This document shows, piece after piece, positions 1 through 11,276 of a stretch of 64,000 nucleotides of DNA (position 1 is its first letter; each line of letters opens with the position of its first letter). A program made the translations under genes and the position numbers. Where the stretch lies: the NCBI GenBank assembly GCA_029940535.1, contig JAPYUM010000001.1:3480-67479 (forward strand), given 5' to 3'. Under the pieces are notes generated by a model, which worked only from the letters and a program-made list of their open reading frames with translations, was not told where the DNA came from and made no database searches. Origin of the DNA: Vicinamibacterales bacterium (GTDB lineage Bacteria > Acidobacteriota > Vicinamibacteria > Vicinamibacterales > UBA8438).

Positions 1-426
1 AAGGTGCTGCGGTCCGCGGTTGCCAACGCGCAGCAGAAGGACGGCGCGAGCGGCGATGCCGATAGGATGTTCGTTGCGAGTTGCTACGCGGACCAGGGGC
101 CGTCGCAAAAGCGGATCCGACCGGCGCCAATGGGCCGTGCGTTTCAAATCCAGAAACGGACCGCGCATCTGACGGTCCACGTCGAGGAGCGGCCTCAGGT
201 CGTGGCCCCGGTGCCGTCTCGATCTTCGACCAGCGGTGGCGAGAGTGACGACGGCGCGACCGACGGGGCGAAGACCACGACCCGGCGCAAGGCACGGAAA
301 TCGTCGGCGAGCACGAGCGCCGCCGAGAAGGCCACGGCGACGACGGAGACCGCTCCGACGTCAGGGGCGGAGCCGACGGCCGACACGGCGGCTCAGACCG
401 AGTCCGCCGCCAAGGAGTCCGACTAG
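1..426 (+). CDS. rplV: 50S ribosomal protein L22 (5' end outside window) with about 75-aa Ala/Thr/Ser/Glu-rich C-terminal tail
   Basis: Frame 1 is open from nt 1. It contains the conserved L22 C-terminal core GPSQKRIRPAPMGRAFQIQKRTAHLTVHV and lies directly upstream of rpsC. Confidence 0.85.
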   Translation, partial: KVLRSAVANAQQKDGASGDADRMFVASCYADQGPSQKRIRPAPMGRAFQIQKRTAHLTVHVEERPQVVAPVPSRSSTSGGESDDGATDGAKTTTRRKARKSSASTSAAEKATATTETAPTSGAEPTADTAAQTESAAKESD

Positions 427-1116
427 ATGGGGCAGAAGGTTCACCCGTACGGGTTCAGGCTGGGGTTCAACAAGACCTGGCGGTCACGTTGGTACGCCGA
501 CCGCGACTATGCGAAGCTGCTGCACGAGGATCTCGCCTTGCGCGCTGATCTGAAGAAGCGTTTCGCGCACGCGGGCGTGTCGAAGATCGAGATCGAGCGC
601 GCGGCCAACAAGCTAAAGATCGACATATGCACGTCTCGCCCCGGCATCATCATCGGACGCAAAGGTACCGAGGTCGACAAGCTGAAGACGGAGATCCAGC
701 AGCGAACCAAGCGCGAGGTCTTCATCAATATTCAGGAGATTCAGAAGCCTGAACTTGATGCGCAGCTCATTGGCGAGTCGGTGGCCCTCCAACTGGTGAA
801 GCGTGTCGCGTTCCGACGCGCTATGCGGAAAGCGGTGGAATCCGCCCTCCGGTTCGGGGCGCGGGGCATCAAGATTCGAGTTGGCGGCCGGTTGAACGGG
901 GCGGAAATTGCTCGGAACGAGTGGTATCTCCACGGACAGCTCCCGCTGCAGACGCTGCGGGCGGATATCGACTATGGGTTCGCCGAGGCGCACACCACGT
1001 ATGGGTGCCTTGGCGTAAAGGTGTGGCTCTACAAGGGCGACCGGCATGAGCCGCAGCTGGCGCGCGACGAAGAATATCGGGCGCCGCGTCGGGGCGGCCG
1101 GCCATCGAGTGCGTAG
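427..1116 (+). CDS. rpsC: 30S ribosomal protein S3
   Basis: 229 aa with the canonical N-terminus [13 protein letters not shown]. The ATG follows the rplV stop directly. Confidence 0.97.
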   Translation: MGQKVHPYGFRLGFNKTWRSRWYADRDYAKLLHEDLALRADLKKRFAHAGVSKIEIERAANKLKIDICTSRPGIIIGRKGTEVDKLKTEIQQRTKREVFINIQEIQKPELDAQLIGESVALQLVKRVAFRRAMRKAVESALRFGARGIKIRVGGRLNGAEIARNEWYLHGQLPLQTLRADIDYGFAEAHTTYGCLGVKVWLYKGDRHEPQLARDEEYRAPRRGGRPSSA

Positions 1117-1137
1117 CGATTACGAGGGTATTTCGTC

Positions 1138-1563
1138 ATGTTGATGCCAAAGAAGGTCAAGCACCGGAAGCAGCACCGTGGCCGCATGACCGGCAAGGCC
1201 TGGCGGGGCTCGTCGGTGTCTTTCGGTGACTACGGGCTGCGGGCGATGGAGCCCTGCTGGCTGACCGACCGGCAGATCGAAGCCGCTCGAGTCGCCATGA
1301 CACGCTTCATCAAGCGCGGCGGGAAGATCTGGATCAGGGTGTTTCCGGACAAGCCGATCACGAAGAAGCCTCAGGAAACGCGTATGGGCAAGGGCAAGGG
1401 CTCGCCTGAGGGGTGGGTGGCGGTCGTCAAGCAAGGCCGGATCCTGTTCGAGATGGAGGGCGTTGAGGCGCCCGTCGCCCGGCAGGCCATGAAGTTGGCC
1501 GCAGCGAAATTGCCGATTCATACCAGATTTGCCACGCGGTTCGGCGAGGGTGAAGTGTCATGA
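1138..1563 (+). CDS. rplP: 50S ribosomal protein L16
   Basis: Canonical L16 start [17 protein letters not shown]; operon position fits. Confidence 0.97.
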   Translation: MLMPKKVKHRKQHRGRMTGKAWRGSSVSFGDYGLRAMEPCWLTDRQIEAARVAMTRFIKRGGKIWIRVFPDKPITKKPQETRMGKGKGSPEGWVAVVKQGRILFEMEGVEAPVARQAMKLAAAKLPIHTRFATRFGEGEVS

Positions 1564-1784
1564 CCAAGATCGCTGACTTGCGAGAGCTTGGCCTACCCGA
1601 CCTCGAGCGGCGTGAGGACGAGTTGGCTGAAGAAATCTTTCGTTTGCGGTTGCAGCATTCGATGGGGCAGCAGGAAGCCGCCAGGAAATTGACCGAGAGT
1701 CGCCGCGATCTGGCCCGAGTGAAGACCCTACTGCGGGAGCAGGCTATGGCCGCGTCGACATCCGCGCCCGAGACAAACGCGTAA
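1560..1784 (+). CDS. rpmC: 50S ribosomal protein L29
   Basis: 74 aa with an ATGA overlap on the rplP stop. Lies between L16 and S17. Confidence 0.9.
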   Translation: MTKIADLRELGLPDLERREDELAEEIFRLRLQHSMGQQEAARKLTESRRDLARVKTLLREQAMAASTSAPETNA

Positions 1785-1800
1785 CCGGACGGCAAGAGAT

Positions 1801-2055
1801 ATGGGAACCAAGGCAGAAGTGCAGGGCGTCGTGGTGAGCGACAAGATGGACCAGAGTGTGATCGTCTCGGTGGAGCGCCGGGTGCGTCATCAGCTGTACG
1901 GCAAGATTCAGCGCCGCACCTCGAAGTTCATGGCACATGACGCATCCAACAATGTCAAGGTGGGCGACGTTGTGGCTTTGGTTGAAACGCGGCCGCTGAG
2001 TCGCCGCAAGCGTTGGGCCGTGACCCGTGTGGTCGAGCGGGCCCAGGAGATCTAG
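1801..2055 (+). CDS. rpsQ: 30S ribosomal protein S17
   Basis: 84 aa; the VVSDKMDQSVIVSVERRVRHQLYGK stretch is typical of S17. Confidence 0.93.
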   Translation: MGTKAEVQGVVVSDKMDQSVIVSVERRVRHQLYGKIQRRTSKFMAHDASNNVKVGDVVALVETRPLSRRKRWAVTRVVERAQEI

Positions 2056-2096
2056 CCGATGGCCCCGGCACGCACAGCTAGCAGAGCGAGACTGAC

Positions 2097-2465
2097 ATGA
2101 TCCAGATGCAGACGACCCTTGAGGTCGCGGACAATTCCGGGGCTCGAAAGATCGCGGTCATCAACCCGATCGGCGGCGCGACCGGACGGTTCGCCGGCCT
2201 CGGTGACGTCGTGAGCGCCGCCGTCAAGGAAGCGGCCCCTCGGTCCGCGGTCAAGAAGGGCCAGGTCGTCCGAGCTGTCATTGTCCGCACCAAGAAGGGA
2301 TATCGGCGACGGGACGGCAGCTACATTCGCTTCGACCACAACGCGGCGGTGCTGGTGAACGAGCAGGGCGAGCCGGTGGGTACCCGCGTGTTCGGACCGG
2401 TGGCGCGTGAGTTGCGAGAGCGCAAGTTCATGAAGATTATCTCCCTCGCGCCGGAGGTGCTGTAG
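2097..2465 (+). CDS. rplN: 50S ribosomal protein L14
   Basis: Canonical start [18 protein letters not shown]. Confidence 0.97.
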   Translation: MIQMQTTLEVADNSGARKIAVINPIGGATGRFAGLGDVVSAAVKEAAPRSAVKKGQVVRAVIVRTKKGYRRRDGSYIRFDHNAAVLVNEQGEPVGTRVFGPVARELRERKFMKIISLAPEVL

Positions 2466-2509
2466 ACGAAGAGGGTGGAACGTCTTCCTCTGACTCCTGG
2501 AGCGTAACG

Positions 2510-2842
2510 ATGTCGAGTATTCAAACCCCGATCCGGAAGAACGACAACGTGGTCGTCGTCACCGGAAAGGACCGTGGCAAGCGGGGACGGGTCCTGCGTC
2601 TGGTCCCGAGCAAGAACCGGCTCATCGTGGAGGGCGTGAACTTCATGAAGCGCCACACGAAACCGAACCCCGGCCAAAACGTGAAGGGCGGCGTCGTCGA
2701 GAGCGAGGCGCCACTGCATGCGTCCAACGTGCAGATCGTGTGTCCCGAATGTAGCGCGCCCACCCGGATTGGGCGTCGCCTTCTCGGTGACGGTCGGAAA
2801 GTTCGGATTTGTCGCAAGTGCGACGGAGTCGTCGATCGATGA
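2510..2842 (+). CDS. rplX: 50S ribosomal protein L24 (with CxxC...CxxC ribbon)
   Basis: KOW-like [17 protein letters not shown]. The C-terminal CPEC...CRKC resembles Thermus-type L24. Confidence 0.93.
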   Translation: MSSIQTPIRKNDNVVVVTGKDRGKRGRVLRLVPSKNRLIVEGVNFMKRHTKPNPGQNVKGGVVESEAPLHASNVQIVCPECSAPTRIGRRLLGDGRKVRICRKCDGVVDR

Positions 2843-3381
2843 ACCGATTGCAAGAGCGGTATCAAGAGACGGTCGTCCCTACGCTCACCAAGGAGTTCGG
2901 GTACCCCAACGTGATGGCGGTGCCCAAGATCCAACGGATTGTGGTGAACATGGGAATCGGCGATGCGACACAGAACGCGAAGCTGATCGATATCGGCAGC
3001 GGTGAACTGGGCCAGGTGACGGGTCAGAAACCGCTGACCACCAAGGCGCGGAAGTCGATTGCGCAGTTCAAAGTCAGACAGGGGCAGCCCATCGGCGCGA
3101 TGGTGACGTTGCGCCGGGATCGGATGTACGAATTTCTCGACCGGGTGATTGGGATTGCGTTGCCTCGTGTTCGCGACTTCCGCGGTGTATCGCCGCAGAG
3201 CTTCGACGGACGTGGCAATTACACGCTGGGCCTTCGTGACCAGTTGATGTTTGTTGAAATCGACTACATGAAGGTGGACACGTCACGTGGCATGAACGTG
3301 TCGATGGTGACGACCGCAAGAACCGACGAAGAAGGGCGGCGGCTCCTCCAGTTGATGGGGATGCCGTTCCGAAAAAACTAG
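2839..3381 (+). CDS. rplE: 50S ribosomal protein L5
   Basis: Start moved to ATG 2839, which gives an ATGA overlap with the rplX stop. [16 protein letters not shown] is a canonical L5 N-terminus. Confidence 0.95.
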   Translation: MNRLQERYQETVVPTLTKEFGYPNVMAVPKIQRIVVNMGIGDATQNAKLIDIGSGELGQVTGQKPLTTKARKSIAQFKVRQGQPIGAMVTLRRDRMYEFLDRVIGIALPRVRDFRGVSPQSFDGRGNYTLGLRDQLMFVEIDYMKVDTSRGMNVSMVTTARTDEEGRRLLQLMGMPFRKN

Positions 3382-3393
3382 GCTGGGGCTGAT

Positions 3394-3579
3394 ATGGCTA
3401 CGACCGCGAAAATCGCCAAAGAGAAAAAACCGCAGAAGTTTAAGGTGCGGTCGCGCAACCGGTGCCATCTGTGCGGCCGGCCGCGTGCTTTTCTACGCAA
3501 GTTCGGCTTGTGCCGTTTGTGTTTCCGCAAGTTGGCACTTGAGGGCGACATCGCCGGCGTGACGAAGAGCAGCTGGTGA
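3394..3579 (+). CDS. rpsN: 30S ribosomal protein S14 type Z (zinc-binding)
   Basis: 61 aa with CHLC...CRLC (four Cys); spc-operon position. Confidence 0.93.
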   Translation: MATTAKIAKEKKPQKFKVRSRNRCHLCGRPRAFLRKFGLCRLCFRKLALEGDIAGVTKSSW

Positions 3580-3650
3580 GAGGAAACGGCCCGCCCGGTT
3601 TGACGTGGGCGGCACAGCCCCAGGACGGCAACTACGAGACCTGAAGAGTT

Positions 3651-4061
3651 ATGACTGATTCCATTGCCGACATGTTGACGCGAATTCGCAACGCCACGGC
3701 CACCCAGCGCAAACGCGTGGATGTCCCGGCGTCGCGGCTCAAGGCCGAGGTCGCGCGCATCCTGCAGCATGAAGGCTACATACACGGGTTCAAGAGCGTT
3801 GATGTCGTCGTCGAAAAGGGACAGATGGCCCGCCCGATGATCCGTATCCAGCTCAAGTACGGCTCGCGTGGCGAGAATGTCATTTCCGGCATCCAGCGGG
3901 TCAGTCGACCTGGACGCCGGGTCTATTTCGGTCGGGACGATGTCCCACCGGTTCTCGCGGGGTTGGGGACCAGCATTCTGACGACGTCGCGCGGTGTCAT
4001 GACGGGACGCCAAGCCATGAAGGCGGGTGTCGGCGGCGAAGTCTTGTGCAACGTTTGGTAG
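3651..4061 (+). CDS. rpsH: 30S ribosomal protein S8
   Basis: Canonical start [15 protein letters not shown]. Confidence 0.95.
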   Translation: MTDSIADMLTRIRNATATQRKRVDVPASRLKAEVARILQHEGYIHGFKSVDVVVEKGQMARPMIRIQLKYGSRGENVISGIQRVSRPGRRVYFGRDDVPPVLAGLGTSILTTSRGVMTGRQAMKAGVGGEVLCNVW

Positions 4062-4071
4062 GGGTCACGCC

Positions 4072-4608
4072 ATGTCGCGAGTAGGAAAGCAACCGATTCC
4101 GATCCCGAGCGGGGTCACCGTTCAGATCTCGACCGATGCGGTCGAGGTCAAGGGTCCCAAAGGGACGCTGCGGCAGGCGCTGCCACCGGGCGTGACCATC
4201 GAAATGGCGGACGGACACTTGGAGGCCAGGCCTGTACGGGACGAGCGCGCGCTGCGAAAGTTTCACGGTCTCGCGCGTAGCCTCGTCGCCAACGCGGTGA
4301 CCGGCGTCACCGACGGCTTCAAGAAGGAACTCGACATCGTGGGTATCGGGTACCGGGCCGAAGTGGCTGGTCAGCAACTGACGCTGGTCCTTGGCTACTC
4401 TCACCCCGTGGTCTTCCCGATTCCCGACGGTATTGGGATTGCGGTGGCCAATCAGACGCATCTGGTTGTCTCCGGAGTCGACCGGCAGGCCGTGGGTCAA
4501 GTGGCCGCGAACATTCGAAGTCTTCGGAAACCGGATCCGTATAAACAAAAGGGGATCCGCTATACCGGCGAAGTGCTAAAGAAGAAAGTCGGCAAGACCG
4601 GGGCCTAG
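4072..4608 (+). CDS. rplF: 50S ribosomal protein L6
   Basis: Internal ATG 4072 gives the canonical [12 protein letters not shown]. The track start at 4027 overlaps rpsH. Confidence 0.95.
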   Translation: MSRVGKQPIPIPSGVTVQISTDAVEVKGPKGTLRQALPPGVTIEMADGHLEARPVRDERALRKFHGLARSLVANAVTGVTDGFKKELDIVGIGYRAEVAGQQLTLVLGYSHPVVFPIPDGIGIAVANQTHLVVSGVDRQAVGQVAANIRSLRKPDPYKQKGIRYTGEVLKKKVGKTGA

Positions 4609-4641
4609 GTACTAAGTCGCGGCAGACGGGTTGAACGGGGC

Positions 4642-5016
4642 ATGAAGGTAAAGACGAAGAAGGATCGACGCCGGCGGATCGCGCTTCGACAGCGCAAGAT
4701 CATCAAGGGCACGAGCGAGCGACCGAGGTTGGCCGTGTTTCGCAGTTTGTCCCACATCTCGGCGCAGGTGATTGACGACATGGCCGGCATGACTGTCGCG
4801 TCGGCGTCAAGCACCGAGCCGACGGTCAAGGCGGGTCTGGCCGACGGGGCGCGTGGGGGCAATGTGGCCGGGGCGCAGGCCATCGGCCAACTCGTGGCGG
4901 AGCGGGCGCTCAAGAAGGGCATCACCAGCGTGGTGTTCGATCGTGGCGGATTTCTGTATCACGGGCGTGTGCGCAAGGTAGCGGACGCGGCGCGCGATGC
5001 CGGTCTCAAGTTCTGA
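4642..5016 (+). CDS. rplR: 50S ribosomal protein L18
   Basis: 124 aa with [20 protein letters not shown]; operon position fits. Confidence 0.93.
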   Translation: MKVKTKKDRRRRIALRQRKIIKGTSERPRLAVFRSLSHISAQVIDDMAGMTVASASSTEPTVKAGLADGARGGNVAGAQAIGQLVAERALKKGITSVVFDRGGFLYHGRVRKVADAARDAGLKF

Positions 5017-5035
5017 AAGACGACGGCACACTGTC

Positions 5036-5560
5036 ATGAAGCAGACGCGAACGAAGATCAACCCCGGGGATTTCGACCTGAAGGACACGGTCATCACGAT
5101 CAACCGTGTCACCAAGGTGGTGAAGGGCGGCAAGAATCTCAGTTTCAGCGCCCTGGTCGTGGTCGGTGACTCGCACGGGGTTGCGGGGTACGGCATCGGG
5201 AAGGCGAAAGAGGTGCCGTCAGCGATCAAGAAGGGTATCGAGGCGGCAAAAAAGGCGCTGGTTCGGGTGCCGCTGAGCGGGACGACGATTCCGCATACGA
5301 TCGTCGGCCGATTCGGCGCCGGGCGTGTCCTCTTGAAGCCCGCGCCAGAGGGGACTGGCATCATTGCTGGCGGCGCCGTACGTGCGGTGTTGGAAGCGGC
5401 CGGGATTCAGAACATAGTGACCAAGTCGCTGGGCACCGATAATCCGCACAACGTGGTACATGCGACGTTTGCCGGGCTGGTCGAGCTCAAGGATCCGGAG
5501 CTCGTGGCCCGGTTGCGTGGTGTTGAACTCGAGAGTCTGGTGACGCAAACGACCGTGTAG
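5036..5560 (+). CDS. rpsE: 30S ribosomal protein S5
   Basis: Start at ATG 5036; [24 protein letters not shown] is typical of S5. Confidence 0.95.
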   Translation: MKQTRTKINPGDFDLKDTVITINRVTKVVKGGKNLSFSALVVVGDSHGVAGYGIGKAKEVPSAIKKGIEAAKKALVRVPLSGTTIPHTIVGRFGAGRVLLKPAPEGTGIIAGGAVRAVLEAAGIQNIVTKSLGTDNPHNVVHATFAGLVELKDPELVARLRGVELESLVTQTTV

Positions 5561-5600
5561 GTGGCGGATACACGGGTGGGTCGATGAGACAGGTAGGAAG

Positions 5601-5804
5601 ATGACGAACACAGCGAGCGCCGGTCACGTAAAAGTGACGCTCGTGCGCAGCACGATTGGGTTCGACAGACGTCAGGCAGAGGTCGTCAGGGGGCTCGGTC
5701 TCCGCCGCCTCGGTCACACCGTTGAGCTCCAGGATGTTCCGTCCATACGCGGCATGATCCGGAAGGTCCGGCATCTGGTGCGCGTGAGCGAGGTCGAGGC
5801 CTGA
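5601..5804 (+). CDS. rpmD: 50S ribosomal protein L30
   Basis: 67 aa with [29 protein letters not shown]. Confidence 0.9.
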   Translation: MTNTASAGHVKVTLVRSTIGFDRRQAEVVRGLGLRRLGHTVELQDVPSIRGMIRKVRHLVRVSEVEA

Positions 5805-6361
5805 TGATGAATCTCAGTGATCTCAAACCACCGAAGGGTGCCAAACACGCCAAGAAACGGGTCGGGCGGGGATATGGATCCGGTACCGGGGTCACCTCGG
5901 GACGCGGAGACAAGGGGCAGAAATCCAGGTCCGGCTACCACCGCAAGCGTGGGTTCGAGGGCGGGCAGATGCCGCTCCACCGGCGCCTACCGAAACGCGG
6001 GTTTTTCAATCCGTTCCGTGTCGAGTACGCCGTCGTCAATCTCGACACGTTGAACGAACGATTCGAGGCGGGCACGGAAGTCACGCCAGAACTGTTGCGA
6101 GAGCGTGGTGTGGTGCGCTCGAACAAGTTGGTCAAGATTCTCGGACGCGGCGAGATCCAGACGGCGCTGACCGTCAAGGCCCACAAGTTCAGTGGGGTTG
6201 CGGCTGAGAAGATTGCCGCGGCCGGGGGGCGAAGCGAGGTGTTGTCGCGCCGTGGCGCGGTCACGCCGTCCGTTGCTGTCGTGGATCCCGGTGACCCGGC
6301 TGACCCGGCTGACCCGGCTGACGATGACAACGCCGATGGCGGAGCGGTCTCCGACGTCTAA
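5804..6361 (+). CDS. rplO: 50S ribosomal protein L15 with acidic DPA-repeat tail
   Basis: [27 protein letters not shown]. The start is either 5804 or 5807. Confidence 0.93.
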   Translation: MMNLSDLKPPKGAKHAKKRVGRGYGSGTGVTSGRGDKGQKSRSGYHRKRGFEGGQMPLHRRLPKRGFFNPFRVEYAVVNLDTLNERFEAGTEVTPELLRERGVVRSNKLVKILGRGEIQTALTVKAHKFSGVAAEKIAAAGGRSEVLSRRGAVTPSVAVVDPGDPADPADPADDDNADGGAVSDV

Positions 6362-6372
6362 GGGGCGAATCG

Positions 6373-7779
6373 ATGCTTGATAGCCTGCGCAACATTTTTA
6401 CCATCAGCGACCTCCGGACGCGTGTGTTGTTCACGCTCGCGGTTCTGGCGATCTACCGTGTCGGCGGCGTCATACCAACGCCCGGGGTGAATACCGACGC
6501 GCTGGCTGAGCTGGCCCGGCAGGCTGAGGGTACGATGTTCGGGCTGTACAACATGTTCTCGGGCGGAAACCTGGCGCAGGTGACCATTTTTGCGCTGGGC
6601 ATCATGCCCTACATCAGCGCCTCGATCATCCTGCAGTTGCTGACGGTCGTGTGGCCGTATCTCGAACGGTTGTCGAAAGAGGGTGAGCTGGGTCGTCGGA
6701 AAATCACCCAATACACGCGATACGGCACGCTGGTGCTGTGTGCCGTGCAGGCGTCGGCCATCGCCTTCTGGCTCGAGAGCCAGACCAACCTTGGTGGCGC
6801 GGGGTTGCCGTTGGTCTTCAACCCCGGATGGGGATTCCGTCTCATGGCGGTGCTGACCCTCACGACGGGTACATGCTTCATCATGTGGCTGGGCGAGCAG
6901 ATCACCGAGCGGGGCATCGGCAACGGCATGTCGCTGATCATCTTCGCCGGGATCGTGGTCAACTTCCCGGCCGGTGTCTTGAACACGATCGACACGCTGC
7001 GCACCGGCCAGATCGGCCTGTTCCGTCTGCTGTTGCTCGGTATCGTCATGATTCTCGTGGTCGGGGCCGTGGTCTTCGTCGAGCGCGGGCAGCGCCGGGT
7101 CAATGTGCAGTATGCCAAGCGGGTCGTCGGCCGGCGCCAGTACGGCGGCACGAGCACCCATATTCCGTTGAAGGTCAACACCGGCGGCGTGATCCCGGTG
7201 ATCTTCGCGTCGTCGTTGCTGGCGTTCCCGGCCACGATAGCCCAGGCACTTCCCCCCGGCGGGATTGCGCAGTCGATTACGGACGGGATGGCCAACGGGA
7301 TGCCGCTGTACTACCTCCTCTACATGGGGGGCATCATCTTTTTCGCCTATTTCTATACCGCGATCATCTTCAATCCAGACGATGTGGCTGAGAACATGCG
7401 GAAGTACGGCGGGTTCGTCCCCGGCATTCGGCCTGGGAAACGCACGGCCGAGTATATCGACACGATTCTGACCCGTATCACGTTGGTGGGGGCGATCTAT
7501 CTTGCGCTGATCGCGGTGTTGCCCGATCTGATGATTGTCGGGTTCCGCGCGAGCGCACTGCCGATTGTTGGCGAGACTTTGGACGGCGCTCTGCGGAGTA
7601 GCGCGCTCACAAGCTGGATCACTGATGGGCTCGGGATCACCTTCTATTTCGGCGGCACGTCGTTGCTCATCATCGTCGGGGTGTCGATGGACACCGTGCA
7701 GCAGGTCGAGTCGCAGCTCATCATGCGGCACTATGACGGGTTCATGCGAAAGACGCGGATCAGAGGACGCCGAGGGTAG
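6373..7779 (+). CDS. secY: Preprotein translocase subunit SecY
   Basis: 468 aa, multi-TM, with [11 protein letters not shown] and [11 protein letters not shown] motifs. Follows rplO. Confidence 0.97.
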   Translation: MLDSLRNIFTISDLRTRVLFTLAVLAIYRVGGVIPTPGVNTDALAELARQAEGTMFGLYNMFSGGNLAQVTIFALGIMPYISASIILQLLTVVWPYLERLSKEGELGRRKITQYTRYGTLVLCAVQASAIAFWLESQTNLGGAGLPLVFNPGWGFRLMAVLTLTTGTCFIMWLGEQITERGIGNGMSLIIFAGIVVNFPAGVLNTIDTLRTGQIGLFRLLLLGIVMILVVGAVVFVERGQRRVNVQYAKRVVGRRQYGGTSTHIPLKVNTGGVIPVIFASSLLAFPATIAQALPPGGIAQSITDGMANGMPLYYLLYMGGIIFFAYFYTAIIFNPDDVAENMRKYGGFVPGIRPGKRTAEYIDTILTRITLVGAIYLALIAVLPDLMIVGFRASALPIVGETLDGALRSSALTSWITDGLGITFYFGGTSLLIIVGVSMDTVQQVESQLIMRHYDGFMRKTRIRGRRG

Positions 7780-7830
7780 AACGGACGGGCTTGCTGACTC
7801 GGGAGTCCCAGTCGAAGCTGGTTGAAGCAG

Positions 7831-8541
7831 ATGACGACGGAAGTAAGTTGCGGTCCGATCAACCTGGTCGTGCTGGGCCCCCCGGGGGCCGGCAAGGGCA
7901 CGCAGGCGGTCGAGTTCGCGCAGCGCCATGGCACCCCGAAGATCTCGACGGGAGACATCCTGCGCGAGGCGGTGCAGTCGGAGACCGACCTTGGCCAGCT
8001 CGCCAAGGCGACGATGGATGCGGGCGGCCTTGTGGACGATCAGCTGATGATTGCCATTGTTCGTGAGCGCCTGACCCGTGGGGATGTCGAGCGGGGCTTT
8101 GTGCTCGACGGGTTTCCGCGGACGGTGGCGCAGGCGATCGCGCTCGACGAAATCATGATCGGACAGGGGTGCCTGACCGTTGTCGACATCGCCGTGCCGG
8201 ATGACGCGTTGGTCGAGCGCCTCGCGCGGCGCCGCGTGTGTGGTCAGTGCGGCAACGCGACCAGCGTGGCGGCTGGTGAGGCGCGGGACCGGTGTGAGAA
8301 GTGCGGCGGTGAGCTGGTGCTCCGTAGCGATGACACGGAATCGACCGTGCGCGAGCGCCTCCGGGTGTACGCCGAGGCCACCAAGCCGCTTGTCGATTTC
8401 TATTCGAGTAGGCCGACCTTTCGCGCGGTGGACGGGCGGCAAAGTCCCGCCGCCGTCGGGGCCGCGCTGGCCCAAGCCGTCGAGGAGATGCGGGCGGCTC
8501 AGTCAGCCGGAGACGGCGGTGCGGAGGGGACTGCCGGATGA
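7831..8541 (+). CDS. adk: Adenylate kinase (zinc-lid type) with Ala/Gly-rich C-terminal tail
   Basis: P-loop GPPGAGKGT and LID CGQC...CEKC. ATG 7831 is preferred over TTG 7822. Confidence 0.93.
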   Translation: MTTEVSCGPINLVVLGPPGAGKGTQAVEFAQRHGTPKISTGDILREAVQSETDLGQLAKATMDAGGLVDDQLMIAIVRERLTRGDVERGFVLDGFPRTVAQAIALDEIMIGQGCLTVVDIAVPDDALVERLARRRVCGQCGNATSVAAGEARDRCEKCGGELVLRSDDTESTVRERLRVYAEATKPLVDFYSSRPTFRAVDGRQSPAAVGAALAQAVEEMRAAQSAGDGGAEGTAG

Positions 8542-9344
8542 TTACGCGCAAGTCACCACAGGAGTTGGAGCTGATGCACGCGGCCAACGGGTTGGTCGCC
8601 TCGGTACTTGCCGAATTACGCCGGCTCGTGGCGCCCGGTGTTTCAACGCTGGACCTCGACAGAGTGGCGGAGCGGCACGTCCGGGACGCCGGTGCGGTGC
8701 CCGCGTTCAAGGGTTACCACGGCTACCCGTCCACGCTGTGTGCCTCAGTGAACGACGCGGTCGTGCACGGGATTCCGTCGGCGACGCCGCTGGTTGAGGG
8801 GGATATCGTCTCGCTCGATATGGGTGTGGTGCTCGACCGGTTCTACGGGGACTCGGCGATCACGGTGCCGGTGGGGGAGGTTGCCGACCGAACCATGGAC
8901 CTGCTGCGAGTGACACGCCGCTCGCTCGAGCTTGCCATCGAGCAGATGCGGGTCGACGGGCACGTGTCGGATATCGGCCACGCGGTCCAGCGGCATGTTG
9001 AAGCGAACGGCTTCGCGGTTGTCCGAGAATTCGTCGGCCACGGTATTGGGGTCACGCTTCATGAGGAGCCACAGATTCCGAATTATGGGGAACCGGGTCG
9101 CGGCCCGGCGCTGGCCGCCGGGATGGTCTTCGCGATCGAGCCGATGGTGACCATGGGGGGGGCGGCGGTGAAAGTGTTGAAAGACGGCTGGACGGCGGTG
9201 ACCCATGATGGCAGCCTGGCCGCGCATTTCGAGCACACCGTGGCGGTGACCGACGCGGGTCCGCGGGTGCTGTCTCAGATGATGGAGGCCGACGCGGTGG
9301 CGGATGTCATGACCCGCGAGCCAGCGTCGTTGCCGCACGGGTAG
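8538..9344 (+). CDS. map: Methionine aminopeptidase type I
   Basis: 268 aa with GDIVSLDMGV, GHGIG, FAIEPM and EHTV metal-ligand contexts. ATGA overlap with adk. Confidence 0.95.
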   Translation: MITRKSPQELELMHAANGLVASVLAELRRLVAPGVSTLDLDRVAERHVRDAGAVPAFKGYHGYPSTLCASVNDAVVHGIPSATPLVEGDIVSLDMGVVLDRFYGDSAITVPVGEVADRTMDLLRVTRRSLELAIEQMRVDGHVSDIGHAVQRHVEANGFAVVREFVGHGIGVTLHEEPQIPNYGEPGRGPALAAGMVFAIEPMVTMGGAAVKVLKDGWTAVTHDGSLAAHFEHTVAVTDAGPRVLSQMMEADAVADVMTREPASLPHG

Positions 9345-9352
9345 TCGAAGCC

Positions 9353-9589
9353 ATGGAGCGGGTGGCCCGAGGGCGGTCGGCGACTCACGAGGGCGTCGTG
9401 GTGGACCAGCGGCCGGATGCCCTGTTCACCGTGCGGCTGGATGAGTCGAATCGTCGGATTGTCGCGCATGTCGACGCGGCGCCACGGCGCAACTTTGTGA
9501 GGCTCCTCCCCGGCGATCGCGTGACGGTGGAGTTAACGGCCCGGAATCGAGCGCGGGGACGAATCACCCGGCGTGGGAGCACGGTATGA
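9353..9589 (+). CDS. infA: Translation initiation factor IF-1 (divergent, Arg-rich)
   Basis: 78-aa S1-like OB scaffold: [34 protein letters not shown]. Lies in the map-infA-rpmJ position. Confidence 0.8.
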   Translation: MERVARGRSATHEGVVVDQRPDALFTVRLDESNRRIVAHVDAAPRRNFVRLLPGDRVTVELTARNRARGRITRRGSTV

Positions 9590-9699
9590 AGGTACGAACG
9601 TCAGTCAAGCGGATGTGTGACAAGTGCAAAGTCGTGCGGCGCAAGGGCGTGGTGCGGGTCGTCTGCCCGAACCCGAAGCACAAACAACGGCAGGGGTAA
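9586..9699 (+). CDS. rpmJ: 50S ribosomal protein L36 (C-C-C-H zinc type)
   Basis: Absent from the ORF track because it is under 60 aa. ATG 9586 overlaps the infA stop (ATGA). It translates to [37 protein letters not shown]. Confidence 0.9.
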   Translation: MKVRTSVKRMCDKCKVVRRKGVVRVVCPNPKHKQRQG

Positions 9700-9708
9700 G
9701 GCGGAACC

Positions 9709-10083
9709 ATGGCTCGAATAGCAGGCGTCGATCTTCCACGAACCAAGCGCATTGAAACTGGTCTGACCTACATCTTTGGCATCGGTGATCACCGCGCTGG
9801 TGTGATCCTGAGCGAGGCGGGTGTCGACCCGAACGCTCGTATCAAGGACCTGTCCGAAGACGAGGTACGCAAGATCAGCCAAGTCATCGAGGAACAGGGA
9901 CGCGTTGAGGGCGATCTCCGTAAGGAGATCTCCATGAACATCAAGCGGCTGATGGAGGTTGGTTCCTATCGCGGCATGCGGCATCGCCGGAACCTTCCGG
10001 TACGGGGACAGCGCACGCACACGAACTCTCGGACACGCAAGGGCCCCCGGAAGGGCGCCGTGGCGAGGAAAAAAACTAGCTAG
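9709..10083 (+). CDS. rpsM: 30S ribosomal protein S13
   Basis: Canonical start [26 protein letters not shown]. Confidence 0.95.
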   Translation: MARIAGVDLPRTKRIETGLTYIFGIGDHRAGVILSEAGVDPNARIKDLSEDEVRKISQVIEEQGRVEGDLRKEISMNIKRLMEVGSYRGMRHRRNLPVRGQRTHTNSRTRKGPRKGAVARKKTS

Positions 10084-10115
10084 GCTCGGGTTGGTCGGGA
10101 AAGGACTGTTCGCGA

Positions 10116-10562
10116 ATGGCAAAGCTGGAAACGGTTGACGCGTCGATTCCGCCGCCGAAGAAACCTGCGGGGAAGCGGAAGAAGACGTTCAAGAAAAAGC
10201 GTGAAAAACGAATTGTGCATCACGGTATCGTGCACGTCCAAGCGTCGTTCAACAATACGATCATCACGATCGCCGACACCGAGGGCAATGTGGTGGCCTG
10301 GTCAAGCGCCGGCGCCATCGGGTTCCGAGGCTCGCGAAAGGGCACCCCGTTCGCCGCGACACAAGCGGCGGTAAGGGCCGGTCATGGCGCCAAGGCCGTC
10401 GGTATGCGCACCGTGGAGGTGCGGGTGAAAGGCCCGGGCGGCGGGCGCGAATCAGCGATTCGCGCCCTGCAGGCATCGGCAGGTCTCAGCGTGAAGTCGA
10501 TCAACGATGTGACGCCCATTCCCCATAACGGGTGCCGGCCGCCGAAGCGACGTCGAGTGTAG
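10116..10562 (+). CDS. rpsK: 30S ribosomal protein S11 (Lys-rich N-terminal extension)
   Basis: S11 core: [27 protein letters not shown]...[13 protein letters not shown]. Confidence 0.95.
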   Translation: MAKLETVDASIPPPKKPAGKRKKTFKKKREKRIVHHGIVHVQASFNNTIITIADTEGNVVAWSSAGAIGFRGSRKGTPFAATQAAVRAGHGAKAVGMRTVEVRVKGPGGGRESAIRALQASAGLSVKSINDVTPIPHNGCRPPKRRRV

Positions 10563-10578
10563 AGGAGAACGAATCAGC

Positions 10579-11211
10579 ATGGCACGATACGCAGGACCCG
10601 TGTGCCGGCTTTGCCGGCGGGAGGGTATGAAGCTCTTCCTGAAGGGCGAGCGTTGCTACGCGGAGAAGTGCGCGATTGAAAAGCGCAACGTTCCTCCGGG
10701 GCAGCAAACTCGCCGTCGTCGCCCGAACAAGGTGATGGGTTACGGCCAGCAGCTTCGCGAGAAGCAGAAGGTCAAACGCACGTATGGCGTGCTGGAGAGC
10801 CAATTCAGGCGCTACTTCGCCGCCGCCGACCGCCAGCGCGGCATTACCGGTGAGACGTTGCTCCAGTTGCTCGAGCGCCGTCTCGACAACGTCGTGTATC
10901 GTCTGGGGTTAGCGACCTCGAGACCGCAGGCCCGTCAACTGGTGCGCCACGGGCATGTGCGCGTGAACGGCAAACGAGCGGATATCCCGTCGTACTCGCT
11001 GAAGGCGGGAGACGCGGTGAGCGTGCGGGAACGTAGCGCCCAGAAGGCGTCGATCGTGTACGCCATGGAAGAAGTCAAGGGCCGGGGGATCCCCGACTGG
11101 CTGGAGTTCGATCAGGCTGCCTTGACTGGCCGAGTGGCGTCGCTGCCGACCCGTGAACAGATCAACCTGCCCGTGCAGGAACAGCTGATCGTCGAGCTGT
11201 ATTCGAAATAG
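10579..11211 (+). CDS. rpsD: 30S ribosomal protein S4 (zinc-ribbon type N-terminus)
   Basis: [26 protein letters not shown] and a C-terminal S4 domain. Confidence 0.95.
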   Translation: MARYAGPVCRLCRREGMKLFLKGERCYAEKCAIEKRNVPPGQQTRRRRPNKVMGYGQQLREKQKVKRTYGVLESQFRRYFAAADRQRGITGETLLQLLERRLDNVVYRLGLATSRPQARQLVRHGHVRVNGKRADIPSYSLKAGDAVSVRERSAQKASIVYAMEEVKGRGIPDWLEFDQAALTGRVASLPTREQINLPVQEQLIVELYSK

Positions 11212-11276
11212 TCGAGATACGTGCGCCGCCCGGGCAGTCGACCCGCCCGGTACCGGATAGAGAAAGGATTGACTCG

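Noticed and set aside
6358-8475. 705-aa ORF on the minus strand
   Set aside because: It is entirely antisense to secY and adk, whose products are unmistakable. The sequence is Arg/Pro/Gly/His-rich and low-complexity, typical of shadow ORFs in high-GC DNA.
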